DNA from: Daphnia carinata
Taxonomy: Eukaryota
Length of the DNA stretch: 64,000 bases
NCBI RefSeq assembly: GCF_022539665.2
Contig: NC_081333.1
Location: 5,456,001-5,520,000 of the forward strand
Direction: 5' to 3'
A program made the translations under genes and the position numbers. The first letter of the stretch is position 1. Each line of letters opens with the position of its first letter. Shown here piece by piece: positions 63,521 to 64,000 of this stretch. The notes beneath the pieces are model-generated. The model was given only the letters and a program-made list of their open reading frames with translations, was not told where the DNA came from and searched no databases.

Positions 63521-64000
63521 CTAAGAAACACAAAAATAGACTAACCTGTTCCCCAACTTTTGACTTTAATTTTCGTTAGGAAATCAATTACAACAAAATT
63601 TTTAAAATTAAAGTTAGAAGTCGTAGAATGTCTTAAACTTTAATATTTCTTTAACATTTCTTTAATGGGGAAAGTATTTTAAACAAATTTGAACACTCTT
63701 TCGTGCTATCCTGTTTTTGTTTAATAAACCCTTTTTTTAGACTCTGTTCAGAATTTTTGACGCTACGTCTGACTATGATGGATTCATCATCTACACAAAT
63801 GGCACCTTCATTCATTAATCATTCATTCACCATCTTCATTCATTTACACCTCGGATTCGTCAATTACACGGGGTTTGAAACCAAAATTTATAACTCATTA
63901 TTGAAACGATCTAACCATCAAATAATTTATGACAACACAGAATAAATACTCCTATCACTATTGATCACGATCAAGAAAATGATGTACAGCTTTTTTAGTT

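Overview
This is eukaryotic, AT-rich genomic DNA. Its many ~60-70 nt GT-AG introns suggest an arthropod, probably a Daphnia-like crustacean (inference, not verified). I can support only two intact host genes, both on the + strand and about 0.9 kb apart: VPS28 (ESCRT-I, 3 exons, 42723-43612) and ATG2 (about 29 exons by manual trace, 44520-53138). Most of the rest is a nested field of decayed transposons. It includes two Tc1/mariner transposase relics, an LTR end with a tRNA-Ala-type PBS, gypsy-like protease/gag relics and an I/Nimb-type LINE. A two-gene CMC/EnSpm element (transposase plus DUF4806-like ORF) is split by a second EnSpm element, and a short derivative of it lies 10 kb away. There are also a KDZ (Kyakuja-Dileera-Zisupton-like) transposase, a MULE, several hAT-type elements with 8-bp TSDs, and several MITE families. 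The most unusual item is an intronless 263-codon frame (39998-40789, two in-frame stops). It would encode a Cys-rich type II membrane glycoprotein and sits inside a hAT element that is itself nested in a MULE, next to a cluster of CTCF-like motifs. All family assignments come from motifs recognised by eye; no database searches were run, and the boundaries of decayed elements are approximate.
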